From assembly GCA_046347035.1 (NCBI GenBank), contig JAXMGY010000002.1:24552-88551 (forward strand): a DNA stretch of 64,000 nucleotides, written 5' to 3'. Positions 10,758 through 19,185 of the stretch are shown piece by piece. The DNA is from Gammaproteobacteria bacterium (lineage in GTDB: Bacteria; Pseudomonadota; Gammaproteobacteria; JAJPIJ01). A model generated the notes under the pieces. It did not search any database. It was given only the letters and a program-made list of their open reading frames with translations, and had not been told where the DNA came from. The first letter of the stretch is position 1. Each line of letters starts with the position of its first letter. The translations under genes were made by a program, and so were the position numbers.

Positions 10758-11731
10758 GACATGCGCACGCGCGGATCAATGTAGCCACAAAGAATGTCGG
10801 TCAGCGTATTGGCCAGTACGTAGAACAAGCTGATGACCAGCACGCACGCCTGCACCACTGGATAGTCGCGGCGTAGAATCGATTCGACGGTGAGCAAACC
10901 CAGACCCGGCCATTGAAAAATGGTCTCGGTGATGATGGCGCCAGCAAGCACGCCGCCCATTTGCAAGCCCAGCACAGTGAGAATGGGCAGCGCCGCGTTC
11001 AACAGCGCATGCTTCAATATCACGCGCCAAGCAGGCAGACCGGCGGCGCGGGCGGTCCGCAAATAGTCTTCGTGCAGAACCTGCCGCAGTGATGCGCGCA
11101 CTACGCGCGCCAACGCCGCAGCCATTCCCAATCCCAACGTCAATGCAGGTAACACCCACGCATATGGTTCACCGCGGCCACTGACCGGCAACCATCCCAA
11201 CGCGATCGAGAACAACACGATCAGCAATGGTCCCAACCAGAACGATGGCATGGCGAGCACCACGCTGGAAAAAAACAGCGCAATCCGATCGCTCCAACCT
11301 CCGTCATGCTGCGCAGCCACGATGCCCAGTGGCAATCCAATACAGATGGAGATCAACAGTGCCGCCACCGCAAGCGCAACGGTGGCGCCGAGCCGCTGCA
11401 ATAAAAGTTGCGCGATGGGTGCGTGGCTTTGCAATGATTGCCCAAGATCGCCCACGGCAACCTTGGACAAGTACTCCGACCATTGCTGAACCAGCGGACG
11501 ATTCAGCCCCAGCGTGTTCCGCAAGGCCTCAACGTCGGCGTGAGCGACCGACTCGCCTAACATGGCCTCCACCGGATCACCGGGTATCAGGTGCAGCAAC
11601 ATGAATACCACGCTGATCACGCCGATAGAAACCATCGCTGCACCGCACAGGCGCGTCAGTAGAAATCTTCTCAAACCGTTGCCCTCAACCAAATGGAACT
11701 TGCCGTATGGGACGAACACGCAGGCAAGCAC
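10754..11731 (-). CDS. ABC transporter permease, DppB/OppB-like
   Basis: The 325-aa ORF contains FMLLHLIPGDPVEAMLGE, typical of DppB N-termini, and the EAA-loop region DYLRTARAAGLPAWRVILKHAL. A TTG at 11674 (MRRFLLTRL...) is an alternative start. Confidence 0.85.
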   Translation of the reverse strand: MLACVFVPYGKFHLVEGNGLRRFLLTRLCGAAMVSIGVISVVFMLLHLIPGDPVEAMLGESVAHADVEALRNTLGLNRPLVQQWSEYLSKVAVGDLGQSLQSHAPIAQLLLQRLGATVALAVAALLISICIGLPLGIVAAQHDGGWSDRIALFFSSVVLAMPSFWLGPLLIVLFSIALGWLPVSGRGEPYAWVLPALTLGLGMAAALARVVRASLRQVLHEDYLRTARAAGLPAWRVILKHALLNAALPILTVLGLQMGGVLAGAIITETIFQWPGLGLLTVESILRRDYPVVQACVLVISLFYVLANTLTDILCGYIDPRVRMS

Positions 11732-11779
11732 GTAAACTTATGATACAGTCTGGCAAAAAATGGAGGAGGAACCCGCGTC

Positions 11780-12259
11780 ATGGCCCAATACCAGTTTGAA
11801 AACAGCGCCGACGCCGGTAGTGGAGCCGCGGCATTTGCGCAATCCAGTATGAACTGGTTGGTCCGCCTGGCCGGCCTGGTATTGCTGGGCGTGGGGCTGT
11901 GGGCGGCCATCGGCGTGATCAACGAAGCTTGGGCGATTTACAACGCGCCACGCCAGTCGCGCGTGGACGCCATTGCCGTAGCCATCGATGAAGCCACGCA
12001 CGTCGATTCAGTGCTGTCGCCGCCGGCACGCGCTGATGTCAGCAATGCGGATCCCACCAAACCCGCGGCCAAACCAATGGAGTCGTTTCGGCTCTCCTAT
12101 TTCATCGCCTGGCCGATCGTGATGTTGTTGCTTTTACTGGTCGGGCGGCTGTCAATGGCTGCTATCAAAACCGGTGGTGAGCTGGCATTGTTCGATGTGC
12201 AGTTTCGGCGATTCGCACGCGATCTGGTGCGTGAGGTGGCACGGAGCCAGAAATCCTGA
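11780..12259 (+). CDS. hypothetical membrane protein (two predicted TM segments)
   Basis: The 159-aa ORF is preceded by a strong Shine-Dalgarno (GGAGGAGG, 8 nt upstream). No family was recognised. Confidence 0.5.
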   Translation: MAQYQFENSADAGSGAAAFAQSSMNWLVRLAGLVLLGVGLWAAIGVINEAWAIYNAPRQSRVDAIAVAIDEATHVDSVLSPPARADVSNADPTKPAAKPMESFRLSYFIAWPIVMLLLLLVGRLSMAAIKTGGELALFDVQFRRFARDLVREVARSQKS

Positions 12260-12305
12260 GCGCGCAAGCGTCGCAACGCAGGAACCATTGCGCCTTAACG
12301 ATTAC

Positions 12306-12845
12306 TTAGCGTTGTCGCTGTGCGCGGCGTTGCCGCAACCGTTCCCGAAACGCCTGGCGCCACTTACGGCGCTCCTCGTGGCTCATGCTCTTCCAGTTTT
12401 TTCGAATCATGTCGCGCTCATCGGCGGGAATGGATTGCCACTCCTCGCGAATCTGCGCTTGTACTTCCGGCGGTAATTTGCGAAAGCGCTCAAACTGCTT
12501 GCGCAGGCGCGTTTGATCCTCACTCGGAAGCAAGCGGAACTCCCGGAAACGCTGCCGCGCCGCTTCACGCTCTTCGTGTTTCATGGCACGCCAATTACGC
12601 AACCGCTCCCTGGCATCAGCACGCTCGGTATCGCTCATTGCCGCCCAACGATCGGCGCCCTTGATTAACCTTTGCTGGCGCTCAGCAGGAATGGCATTCC
12701 ACTTTGACTGCAACGGTGCCAGTACTTGTTTCTCAGTCGTGGACAGCGAATTCCAGTCCACCGTTTCATCGGCGGCGTGACTCAGCGGCGCATACATCAG
12801 CAGCATGCCCAACGCCCATGAACAACGCCGCATGCTAAAGCGCAT
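12306..12845 (-). CDS. DUF3106 domain protein (periplasmic, Arg/Glu-rich repeats)
   Basis: ORF 12306..12914, trimmed to the ATG preceding the signal peptide MRFSMRRCSWALGMLLMYAPLSHA. It contains repeated W..L/P..ER..RL motifs typical of DUF3106. It is the last gene of the ECF sigma module. Confidence 0.65.
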   Translation of the reverse strand: MRFSMRRCSWALGMLLMYAPLSHAADETVDWNSLSTTEKQVLAPLQSKWNAIPAERQQRLIKGADRWAAMSDTERADARERLRNWRAMKHEEREAARQRFREFRLLPSEDQTRLRKQFERFRKLPPEVQAQIREEWQSIPADERDMIRKNWKSMSHEERRKWRQAFRERLRQRRAQRQR

Positions 12846-13071
12846 CGACATTCGCCTTCTCATCTTCAGCCGGAATCGGTGACTGCATGTTTGCGCGCTC
12901 AAGCATGGCCGCATCAGTCAGCGTCTGCGGATCCATCCAGCCACCGTCGGCGGTGGAGAACTCACCGAGATATTCCAGCATGTCCTCTTCCGCCGGCGGT
13001 GCGCCATCAGCAGAATAGGCCGCGCTGCAAACGCTAACCATCGCCACCAGCGCTGTCTTAGCCCGTCTCAT
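12835..13071 (-). CDS. small secreted hypothetical protein
   Basis: ORF 12835..13131, trimmed to MRRAKTALVAMVSVCSAAYSADG (signal peptide). It overlaps both flanking genes by a few nt. No family was recognised. Confidence 0.4.
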   Translation of the reverse strand: MRRAKTALVAMVSVCSAAYSADGAPPAEEDMLEYLGEFSTADGGWMDPQTLTDAAMLERANMQSPIPAEDEKANVDAL

Positions 13072-13423
13072 CGACCACTTCCAGCCATTGGTAGAATTCC
13101 ATGTCGAGGGCAATCTGCGCATCGCTGTCATCGCTCAAGATATCGATGTCTTCAGCGGTCGCCATATCGGCGTGCGGAGCAATCACCGCACCGCGCTGCC
13201 ACAAGGTCAAAGCGACCACCGCAATTGCAGCCGCGGCAAAGGCGCCGGCTGGCATCCACCATGCGTAACCAGCGCGGCGTTGCATGCGCGTGGCAAGCTC
13301 GTCAGTCGCGGCATGGCGCGCCAGTCGCAGCCGGCGCAGCGTATCGACATCGAGATTGCACGTACTTTCCTCCAGCGCCGCAGATACGCGTTTGGATAAC
13401 TCTTTATCCTCGATCTCACTCAT
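13058..13423 (-). CDS. single-pass membrane protein, DUF3619-like putative anti-sigma factor
   Basis: The 121-aa ORF overlaps the sigma factor stop by 4 nt. One central TM segment is present (WWMPAGAFAAAAIAVVALTLW). Its position matches an anti-sigma partner. Confidence 0.55.
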   Translation of the reverse strand: MSEIEDKELSKRVSAALEESTCNLDVDTLRRLRLARHAATDELATRMQRRAGYAWWMPAGAFAAAAIAVVALTLWQRGAVIAPHADMATAEDIDILSDDSDAQIALDMEFYQWLEVVDETG

Positions 13424-13965
13424 GCCTGATGCTCCGACAACTGTGCACGCAATGCCTGCAATGCGCGAAAATAATGCGTTTTGACACTACCCTCCGAGCA
13501 AGCCATGGCCTGGGCGGTCTGTTTGACATCCAAGCCTTCCCAGGCGCGCAGCATGAATGCCTGCTGCTGCCGTAACGGCAATGCTCGCAATGCCCGATCG
13601 ATGTCAGCGATTGCCTGATCACCCGCCAACTCGTGCCAGGGCTCGCGGGCGCGTTCATCGGCAACATTCGCCAGTGCATCATCCTCGTCATCTTCATCCT
13701 GCCCAAACGACAACCACACCCGAAAGCGATCGCGCACACCGCGGCGGCGATGCCAATCGTTGATCCGGCTCTGCAAGCAGACCTGGAACAACGGCCCCCA
13801 GTCCGACTCGCTGCGTTCGCCATACTTTCTGGCCAGACTCATCATGGCTTCCTGGACAATGTCGAGCGCATCGTCGCGGTTGCCCGTTGCCAACTCGGCC
13901 ATGCGGAAGGCACGCCGTTCCACGCCCGCCAGAAAGCGGTCTAGCGCCTGCGACGCTGCATCCAC
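13420..13965 (-). CDS. ECF-type RNA polymerase sigma-70 family factor
   Basis: The 181-aa ORF has region 2 (DDALDIVQEAMMSLARKY) and region 4 (LPLRQQQAFMLRAWEGLDVKQTAQAMACSEGSVKTHYFRALQALR). Confidence 0.9.
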   Translation of the reverse strand: MDAASQALDRFLAGVERRAFRMAELATGNRDDALDIVQEAMMSLARKYGERSESDWGPLFQVCLQSRINDWHRRRGVRDRFRVWLSFGQDEDDEDDALANVADERAREPWHELAGDQAIADIDRALRALPLRQQQAFMLRAWEGLDVKQTAQAMACSEGSVKTHYFRALQALRAQLSEHQA

Positions 13966-14073
13966 TCACTGCCCCTTCTCCCGGCAAAAAGCCGTTTCAG
14001 CGATTCCATGGTCTCCCGGCGCACCTGTCCACTACCGTTTAACGCACGCCTCGGCAGTCGGTTGACACAATAT

Positions 14074-14562
14074 CTATCCTCCATCGATATGGACGGGTGT
14101 CCCAACATCGACCAGCTCAAACAGGGTCATGACGTCGGCATTGCGCATGCGCACGCAACCGCGCGAACCCGGCACGCCCATGGCCACTCCCTCTGGCGCA
14201 CCGTGCAGGTAGATGTAGCGGGCGTAGGTGTCGCATTCGCCACCGGCATTGCGTCCCTCCTCGGTACCACGCAGCCAGAGGATGCGGGTGACAATCCAAT
14301 CACGGCCGGGGTGACCCGCTCGCAGCGCTGGCGTACAAATTTCGCCCGTGGGCTTGCGGGCGACGAATACTGTATTCGGTGCGCAATCGGCGCCGATCTT
14401 CGCCTCGATGCGATGCGCACCACGTGGCGTGCACTCGCTGCCACTGATTTCACCGGCACCATTGCGTGCAGTGGACACGGCGCATGCGAATACTACGTCG
14501 TCGCCAGCGCGTAGCTCTAGCCATTGCCGGGCGATGTTGATGAGAATCTTTTTGCCAGCCAT
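14074..14562 (-). CDS. YkuD (L,D-transpeptidase catalytic) domain protein without signal peptide
   Basis: The 162-aa ORF has the catalytic region YIYLHGAPEGVAMGVPGSRGCVRMRNADV (H...S-x-G-C-x-R). No N-terminal hydrophobic signal is present. Confidence 0.8.
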   Translation of the reverse strand: MAGKKILINIARQWLELRAGDDVVFACAVSTARNGAGEISGSECTPRGAHRIEAKIGADCAPNTVFVARKPTGEICTPALRAGHPGRDWIVTRILWLRGTEEGRNAGGECDTYARYIYLHGAPEGVAMGVPGSRGCVRMRNADVMTLFELVDVGTPVHIDGG

Positions 14563-14574
14563 ATTTCAAACGCC

Positions 14575-16068
14575 TTACCAATCTGCCTGCGCCAATTTGT
14601 CATAGCTGCCATCGGCACTGGGAACGAAATGCCGTAATTTCGCTCGACTCACTACCGTTACATCTTCACTCCACAACGGCAGCATGGGCAATTGTTGAAG
14701 GATCCGTGCCTGCACCGCCTGATAGGCATTGGCTTGCGACTCCGGAACAGTTTGAGCATCGGCGAAATCGATCAAGGCATCCAGTTCCGCATCGTGCAGG
14801 CGGCCGCGGTTGGCGCCCGCAGGCGGGATTGATTCACTGTGAAATGCATAGTGAAAAATATCCGGCAGCTTCAACCCCACCCACGACATTGAGTACATCT
14901 GAAACCTGCCCACCTTGATATCGCTGTAGAAAGTGGCGAAGTCGTTGCTGCGCAAACTCACGTCAATCCCAACTTCGCGCAGTTGACTTTGAATGATGGT
15001 AGCCAACCGCACCCGAAAGGGATCGCTTGACGTTTTGTACACCAACCGCAATGGATGGGTCGCACCGTAACCAAGTTTCGCAAGCAGTTCGCGCGATTTT
15101 TCCGGTGCATACCCTGGCGATTGCAGCCCAACTGCACCCGCCCAGTGCATTGGCAACAAAATACTCTCCACAGCCTGTGCCCGACCGCGAAACAAGAAAC
15201 GAATGATGGCATCGCGATCGATGGCATGCGCAATGGCGGCACGAACCGGCCACTGCGATATCAAGGGGTCCTGCATATTGAAGCCGAGATAAGCAACGCC
15301 ATCCCCGGCGGTTCGTTCTGCATGCAGTGAGTCTTGCTGGCTCAACCAAACCAATAATTCCGGTGGCATGTCACCCTGCAGCATGTCGATTTCGCCTCGC
15401 ACCAGCTTGAGTGCGCGCACGGTTGGATTGGGCACGACCTCGAACTGCACGCGCCTGCCATCGGCAGTTCGCTGCAATCGCAAGCGCGTTGGATCTGGCC
15501 ACGATTCAAATCGAAACGGCCCGCTGCCGATAGGAGTGCTTGTGGGTTGCGCGCTGGAAACTGCGTGCGCAGCCAATATCCCCAGAGTAAGTCGCCCGGG
15601 GAATAAAGGATCAGCATGCTGCAAGTGAAAATCAATTCGGTTGGCGTCGATCACTTCAATATGATCGATAATGGTCAGTGAACCTCGATGTGGCGATGCC
15701 GTTTGCGCATCGAGCACCGAATCGTAAGTGGCTTTGACGTCGGCGGCAGTGAGTGTCGAGCCATCATGAAAATCTCGTCCCTCCTGGCGTAATGTAAAAC
15801 GATAATGCGTCGGCGCCAGCATTTCCCAATCGGCGAGCTGAGGCACGGGTTCGTACCTTTCATTGAAATCCACTAGCTTGCGATATATGAGATGGCACAT
15901 GCGTTCGGAAGCCGCGTCGGAGGCAAAGCGCGGGTCGAGCGTGAGCGGCGCCTGCGCAAGGCCCACGCGCAGCACATTCTCCGTATCTGCGGCACAAACC
16001 ACCGACGGCAGGAAAATCAGCGATACCAATGACGCGTAGATCAACAGACAAATCCACTGGCGCCTCAT
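14575..16068 (-). CDS. ABC transporter substrate-binding protein, family 5 (peptide/nickel type)
   Basis: ORF 14575..16086. The ATG at 16068 overlaps the upstream stop (ATGA). It has a signal peptide and the size and sequence style of DppA/OppA/MppA-like binding proteins. Confidence 0.85.
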   Translation of the reverse strand: MRRQWICLLIYASLVSLIFLPSVVCAADTENVLRVGLAQAPLTLDPRFASDAASERMCHLIYRKLVDFNERYEPVPQLADWEMLAPTHYRFTLRQEGRDFHDGSTLTAADVKATYDSVLDAQTASPHRGSLTIIDHIEVIDANRIDFHLQHADPLFPGRLTLGILAAHAVSSAQPTSTPIGSGPFRFESWPDPTRLRLQRTADGRRVQFEVVPNPTVRALKLVRGEIDMLQGDMPPELLVWLSQQDSLHAERTAGDGVAYLGFNMQDPLISQWPVRAAIAHAIDRDAIIRFLFRGRAQAVESILLPMHWAGAVGLQSPGYAPEKSRELLAKLGYGATHPLRLVYKTSSDPFRVRLATIIQSQLREVGIDVSLRSNDFATFYSDIKVGRFQMYSMSWVGLKLPDIFHYAFHSESIPPAGANRGRLHDAELDALIDFADAQTVPESQANAYQAVQARILQQLPMLPLWSEDVTVVSRAKLRHFVPSADGSYDKLAQADW

Positions 16069-17291
16069 CCGCGCCCAGCCCGGCACCGCAATGCAGAATT
16101 CTCCGGCGCATTCTCCGCCCGTGCGTATTGAATGTCCGTCAACGACTGCGCCGCAATGGTGGCCACCGATTCGCGCAGCGCACGCACATCACCGCGGCCG
16201 TTCGGATGCAGTCGATTAGTGAGAACGATAACGAAAGTATCGGAATGGTGATCCAGCCATATTGACACACCGCTGTAACCGGTGTGTCCGAATGAATCGC
16301 AGGGAAAGAGATCTCCACGACTGCCTGAGTAACCTGTGGCGACGTCAAAACCCAGTCCTCGGCTGCCGCGGGCGTGATGAACCACGGCACGCGTCATCGC
16401 ATGCACGGAATCGCGCGAAAGTACCCTTACACCCTGCCATTCACCGTCGTTGAGAATCATGGCGCAGTACACTGCTAAATCGGCGGCGGTGCTATACAAA
16501 CCCGAATGTCCGGAGATACCCCCCATGCGCGTGGCCACGCCGTCCTCAACCTGGCCAGTCACCACATCTTCGCCGGCAATACGTTCCCGACGCAACGCCG
16601 CGGATGGATTGAACAGTGTGTCTTGCATGCCCAGCGGCTGCAGAATGTGGCGATATCCATAAGCATCGATTAATTCGCCGGTGGCGCGCCGAAGAATTTC
16701 CCCCAGCAGCACGTAGTTCAGATCACTGTAACGAAATTGCATGCCCGGAACGCCGATCATTGGCTCTGCGCAGGCCAGTCCAATGGCGTCGTCATAGCTT
16801 CCGATCCGGTGGCGCGTCTCAACGGTGAAGTTGGCCCGCAATCCTGATTCGTGCGCCAGCAGCTGGCGAACCGTAATCGCGCGCCTATCACGCTGGCCGC
16901 ATTCGGGAATCAATTGCCCCAGCCGGTCACTGAGCCGCAGTCGCCTGTCTTCAACCAGCTGCATGATCGCGGGGGCCGTCAACACTACCTGAGTCAGCGA
17001 GGCAATATCGAACAGGGTGTCGAGTTGCATGGGCTGGCGCTGCGGCACGCGGATTCGATCGCCATAGGCGCGCTGGAAGACCACGCGTCCGTGGCGCCCA
17101 ACGGCAATCACGGCGCCCGGGAAGTCGCCGCGCGCTATTCCGGCTGTGACCACCCCATCAATACGCTGCAGCGATGCGGCATCCATGGCGACGGTACCCG
17201 GATTTACCGCTGGCAGGCCGGCGAAAACTGGCTGCGGAACCAACGTCGCGGCAAACAGCGCTAGCGAAAACACTGCGCTCCAACATCGCAT
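16065..17291 (-). CDS. beta-lactamase-fold serine hydrolase (AmpC/AmiE/PBP4*-like); S-x-x-K appears as S-L-T-Q
   Basis: ORF 16065..17372, trimmed to MRCWSAVFSLALFAATLVPQPVFA (signal peptide). It contains FDIASLTQV, YSDLNYVLLG and GHTGYSG, the three motif positions of the class C beta-lactamase fold. Confidence 0.8.
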   Translation of the reverse strand: MRCWSAVFSLALFAATLVPQPVFAGLPAVNPGTVAMDAASLQRIDGVVTAGIARGDFPGAVIAVGRHGRVVFQRAYGDRIRVPQRQPMQLDTLFDIASLTQVVLTAPAIMQLVEDRRLRLSDRLGQLIPECGQRDRRAITVRQLLAHESGLRANFTVETRHRIGSYDDAIGLACAEPMIGVPGMQFRYSDLNYVLLGEILRRATGELIDAYGYRHILQPLGMQDTLFNPSAALRRERIAGEDVVTGQVEDGVATRMGGISGHSGLYSTAADLAVYCAMILNDGEWQGVRVLSRDSVHAMTRAVVHHARGSRGLGFDVATGYSGSRGDLFPCDSFGHTGYSGVSIWLDHHSDTFVIVLTNRLHPNGRGDVRALRESVATIAAQSLTDIQYARAENAPENSALRCRAGRG

Positions 17292-17659
17292 GTTGCGCTG
17301 CGGCAAAAAACACTGCAACTGTGCGCGCAGGTTGCTTCCGCATCGCACCAAAATTTTGACGCCTCCCTCCATGCAGTCCTCGTCAACTATTTGGCGTTTT
17401 CATGAAATCGGACACAAATTGTCACCATATTGACATTGGTATGCTGCTAACCTTAGCTTTCTATTGTGAAGTTGTGCAAATCGCGTCATCGGCGTGACGC
17501 GAACCTCGGAAAAAAACTGAGGAGGAATAGCCGGCAGCGACTCAGGTCGCTTGCCGGCAACAAGACGTAAATGGCGGTCGCCGTGGTAACGAAGGATGAC
17601 TGTCCTCCACGCCGGGCAGAACAACATTCCAACAGCGTCACAAATAACGCGACACTTCA

Positions 17660-18262
17660 ATGCGTCACGACCAGTCTGCTGCGGCTCTTATCGAAGCTCC
17701 CATCGGCGCGGCGCCGGTGCAAAGTTCCGTGGCTGCGGTCCCGAACGCCGTCTCGCGGTTGGCGTGGATGGGTAGTGGTCATCTACTTTACGGACTGTTC
17801 AATCACTTCTTCGATTTTGTTCTCTACCCATTCGTGGTTTACAGGCTGGGTGTGGTTGTGGGCGGTACAGCGATGACGCTGGCATCGCTGGCGCAATGTG
17901 CGGTGACGTTGATTGCCTACCAGCGTATGGGCATCGACTGGGTCGGAGGTAGCTTGATCGATGACATCGCCAAATCGTATTCCAATGCGCGCTTGGGCCG
18001 CGTGCTGGCGCACCTGACAAGCAACAGTCGAGCGCTGACGTTCTTCGCGCTCTGCGCGGTTACCGATCCATTTATTGTTACGGCGTTCTTTCGGCGCGGA
18101 CGGTTTCACGCGCTGACAGCGCAAGATTGGAATCTGTTTCTGGCCAGCGTGGTTGTTTGCAATTTGTATTGGATTGTTGTCGCCGATCTGATTGCGCATG
18201 GAGCGGTGGTGCTTTGGAGCGGTTTGATGAATTGGATCGCCATTCTACAAGGGATGCTTTGA
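17660..18262 (+). CDS. hypothetical polytopic membrane protein
   Basis: The 200-aa ORF has several hydrophobic segments. Its stop overlaps the next start (ATGA). The start is uncertain (alternative MGSGHLLYG...). No family was recognised. Confidence 0.5.
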   Translation: MRHDQSAAALIEAPIGAAPVQSSVAAVPNAVSRLAWMGSGHLLYGLFNHFFDFVLYPFVVYRLGVVVGGTAMTLASLAQCAVTLIAYQRMGIDWVGGSLIDDIAKSYSNARLGRVLAHLTSNSRALTFFALCAVTDPFIVTAFFRRGRFHALTAQDWNLFLASVVVCNLYWIVVADLIAHGAVVLWSGLMNWIAILQGML

Positions 18263-19113
18263 TGACACCCATCGCTGCCGTCAAGCGTCCGCAACGTCCG
18301 TATAACGATTTGCGCGAAGCTATCTATACGCCGCTGGAAGATGCAGTGGCCATGCTCGATCGACGGCAGTCCATGGGGTTGTTGCCCGATCTCGATAGCG
18401 CCGGATTTCTCGATGTGCCCGCCGTGCTGAAGCAGCCTCGCATGGCCGTGATATTCCGTCAGGTAGGCACGCCAAATCATGAATTAATGCGCGCGATGGC
18501 GCTGGCGCAACGCGTGGGTTTGAATTTGGTGGTGTGGGAGTATCACGCCGATCGCTTCCTCAACCGTAACGCCTGCAAACATGCGCTCGGCCGGATGCGT
18601 TTTCATCACGGTGTGGGGCGCAATGGTGGGCGCAAAACGCAATGCATGAATGTCATCGACTTTAATCAACAGGATGGCCGTCGCATGGACGCAGTGCAAA
18701 CGCTTTGGGGTCAGCCGCTGATTGAGTTCCATCATCAACTGCTACAAGTTTCATTTTCCGAAAAAAGTACCCCACAGTTGTTTGATGCGTCAGCCTGGTT
18801 TGCTCGTCATGGCGGTCGCGCCAGCATGTACTACAAAGCCTTTGCCATGCTGTTCCTGCGCCACGCGGTACTTTTTGAAACCTTCATGATGGAAGGTGCC
18901 GAATTAGCGTTTACGCGGGAGGTTTTTCTGCCGGCGGTTAATGATTTGGTTGCCGCCTTCGGCGTTCGGCCATTGGTCGCTCGCATCGAAGATATAGAGA
19001 CCGAGGGCGACGATTACTGGCTCAGCTATCCGGGCGTGCTGCATGAGGAAGTGCTTGCTCGCATGCACAACGCAGCAAACAAGACCAGTTCCATCGCTAA
19101 GAGCGGCGTTTAG
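18262..19113 (+). CDS. hypothetical soluble protein
   Basis: ORF 18127..19113, trimmed to the ATG at 18262 that overlaps the preceding stop. The product is 283 aa with no TM segment. No family was recognised. Confidence 0.55.
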   Translation: MTPIAAVKRPQRPYNDLREAIYTPLEDAVAMLDRRQSMGLLPDLDSAGFLDVPAVLKQPRMAVIFRQVGTPNHELMRAMALAQRVGLNLVVWEYHADRFLNRNACKHALGRMRFHHGVGRNGGRKTQCMNVIDFNQQDGRRMDAVQTLWGQPLIEFHHQLLQVSFSEKSTPQLFDASAWFARHGGRASMYYKAFAMLFLRHAVLFETFMMEGAELAFTREVFLPAVNDLVAAFGVRPLVARIEDIETEGDDYWLSYPGVLHEEVLARMHNAANKTSSIAKSGV

Positions 19114-19185
19114 AGCAGGTGCGGCTACAACAATTTGCTGAGACCACACTCAGAATTCGCGAGTGCAGCCATGGTGAGTTGGGTT

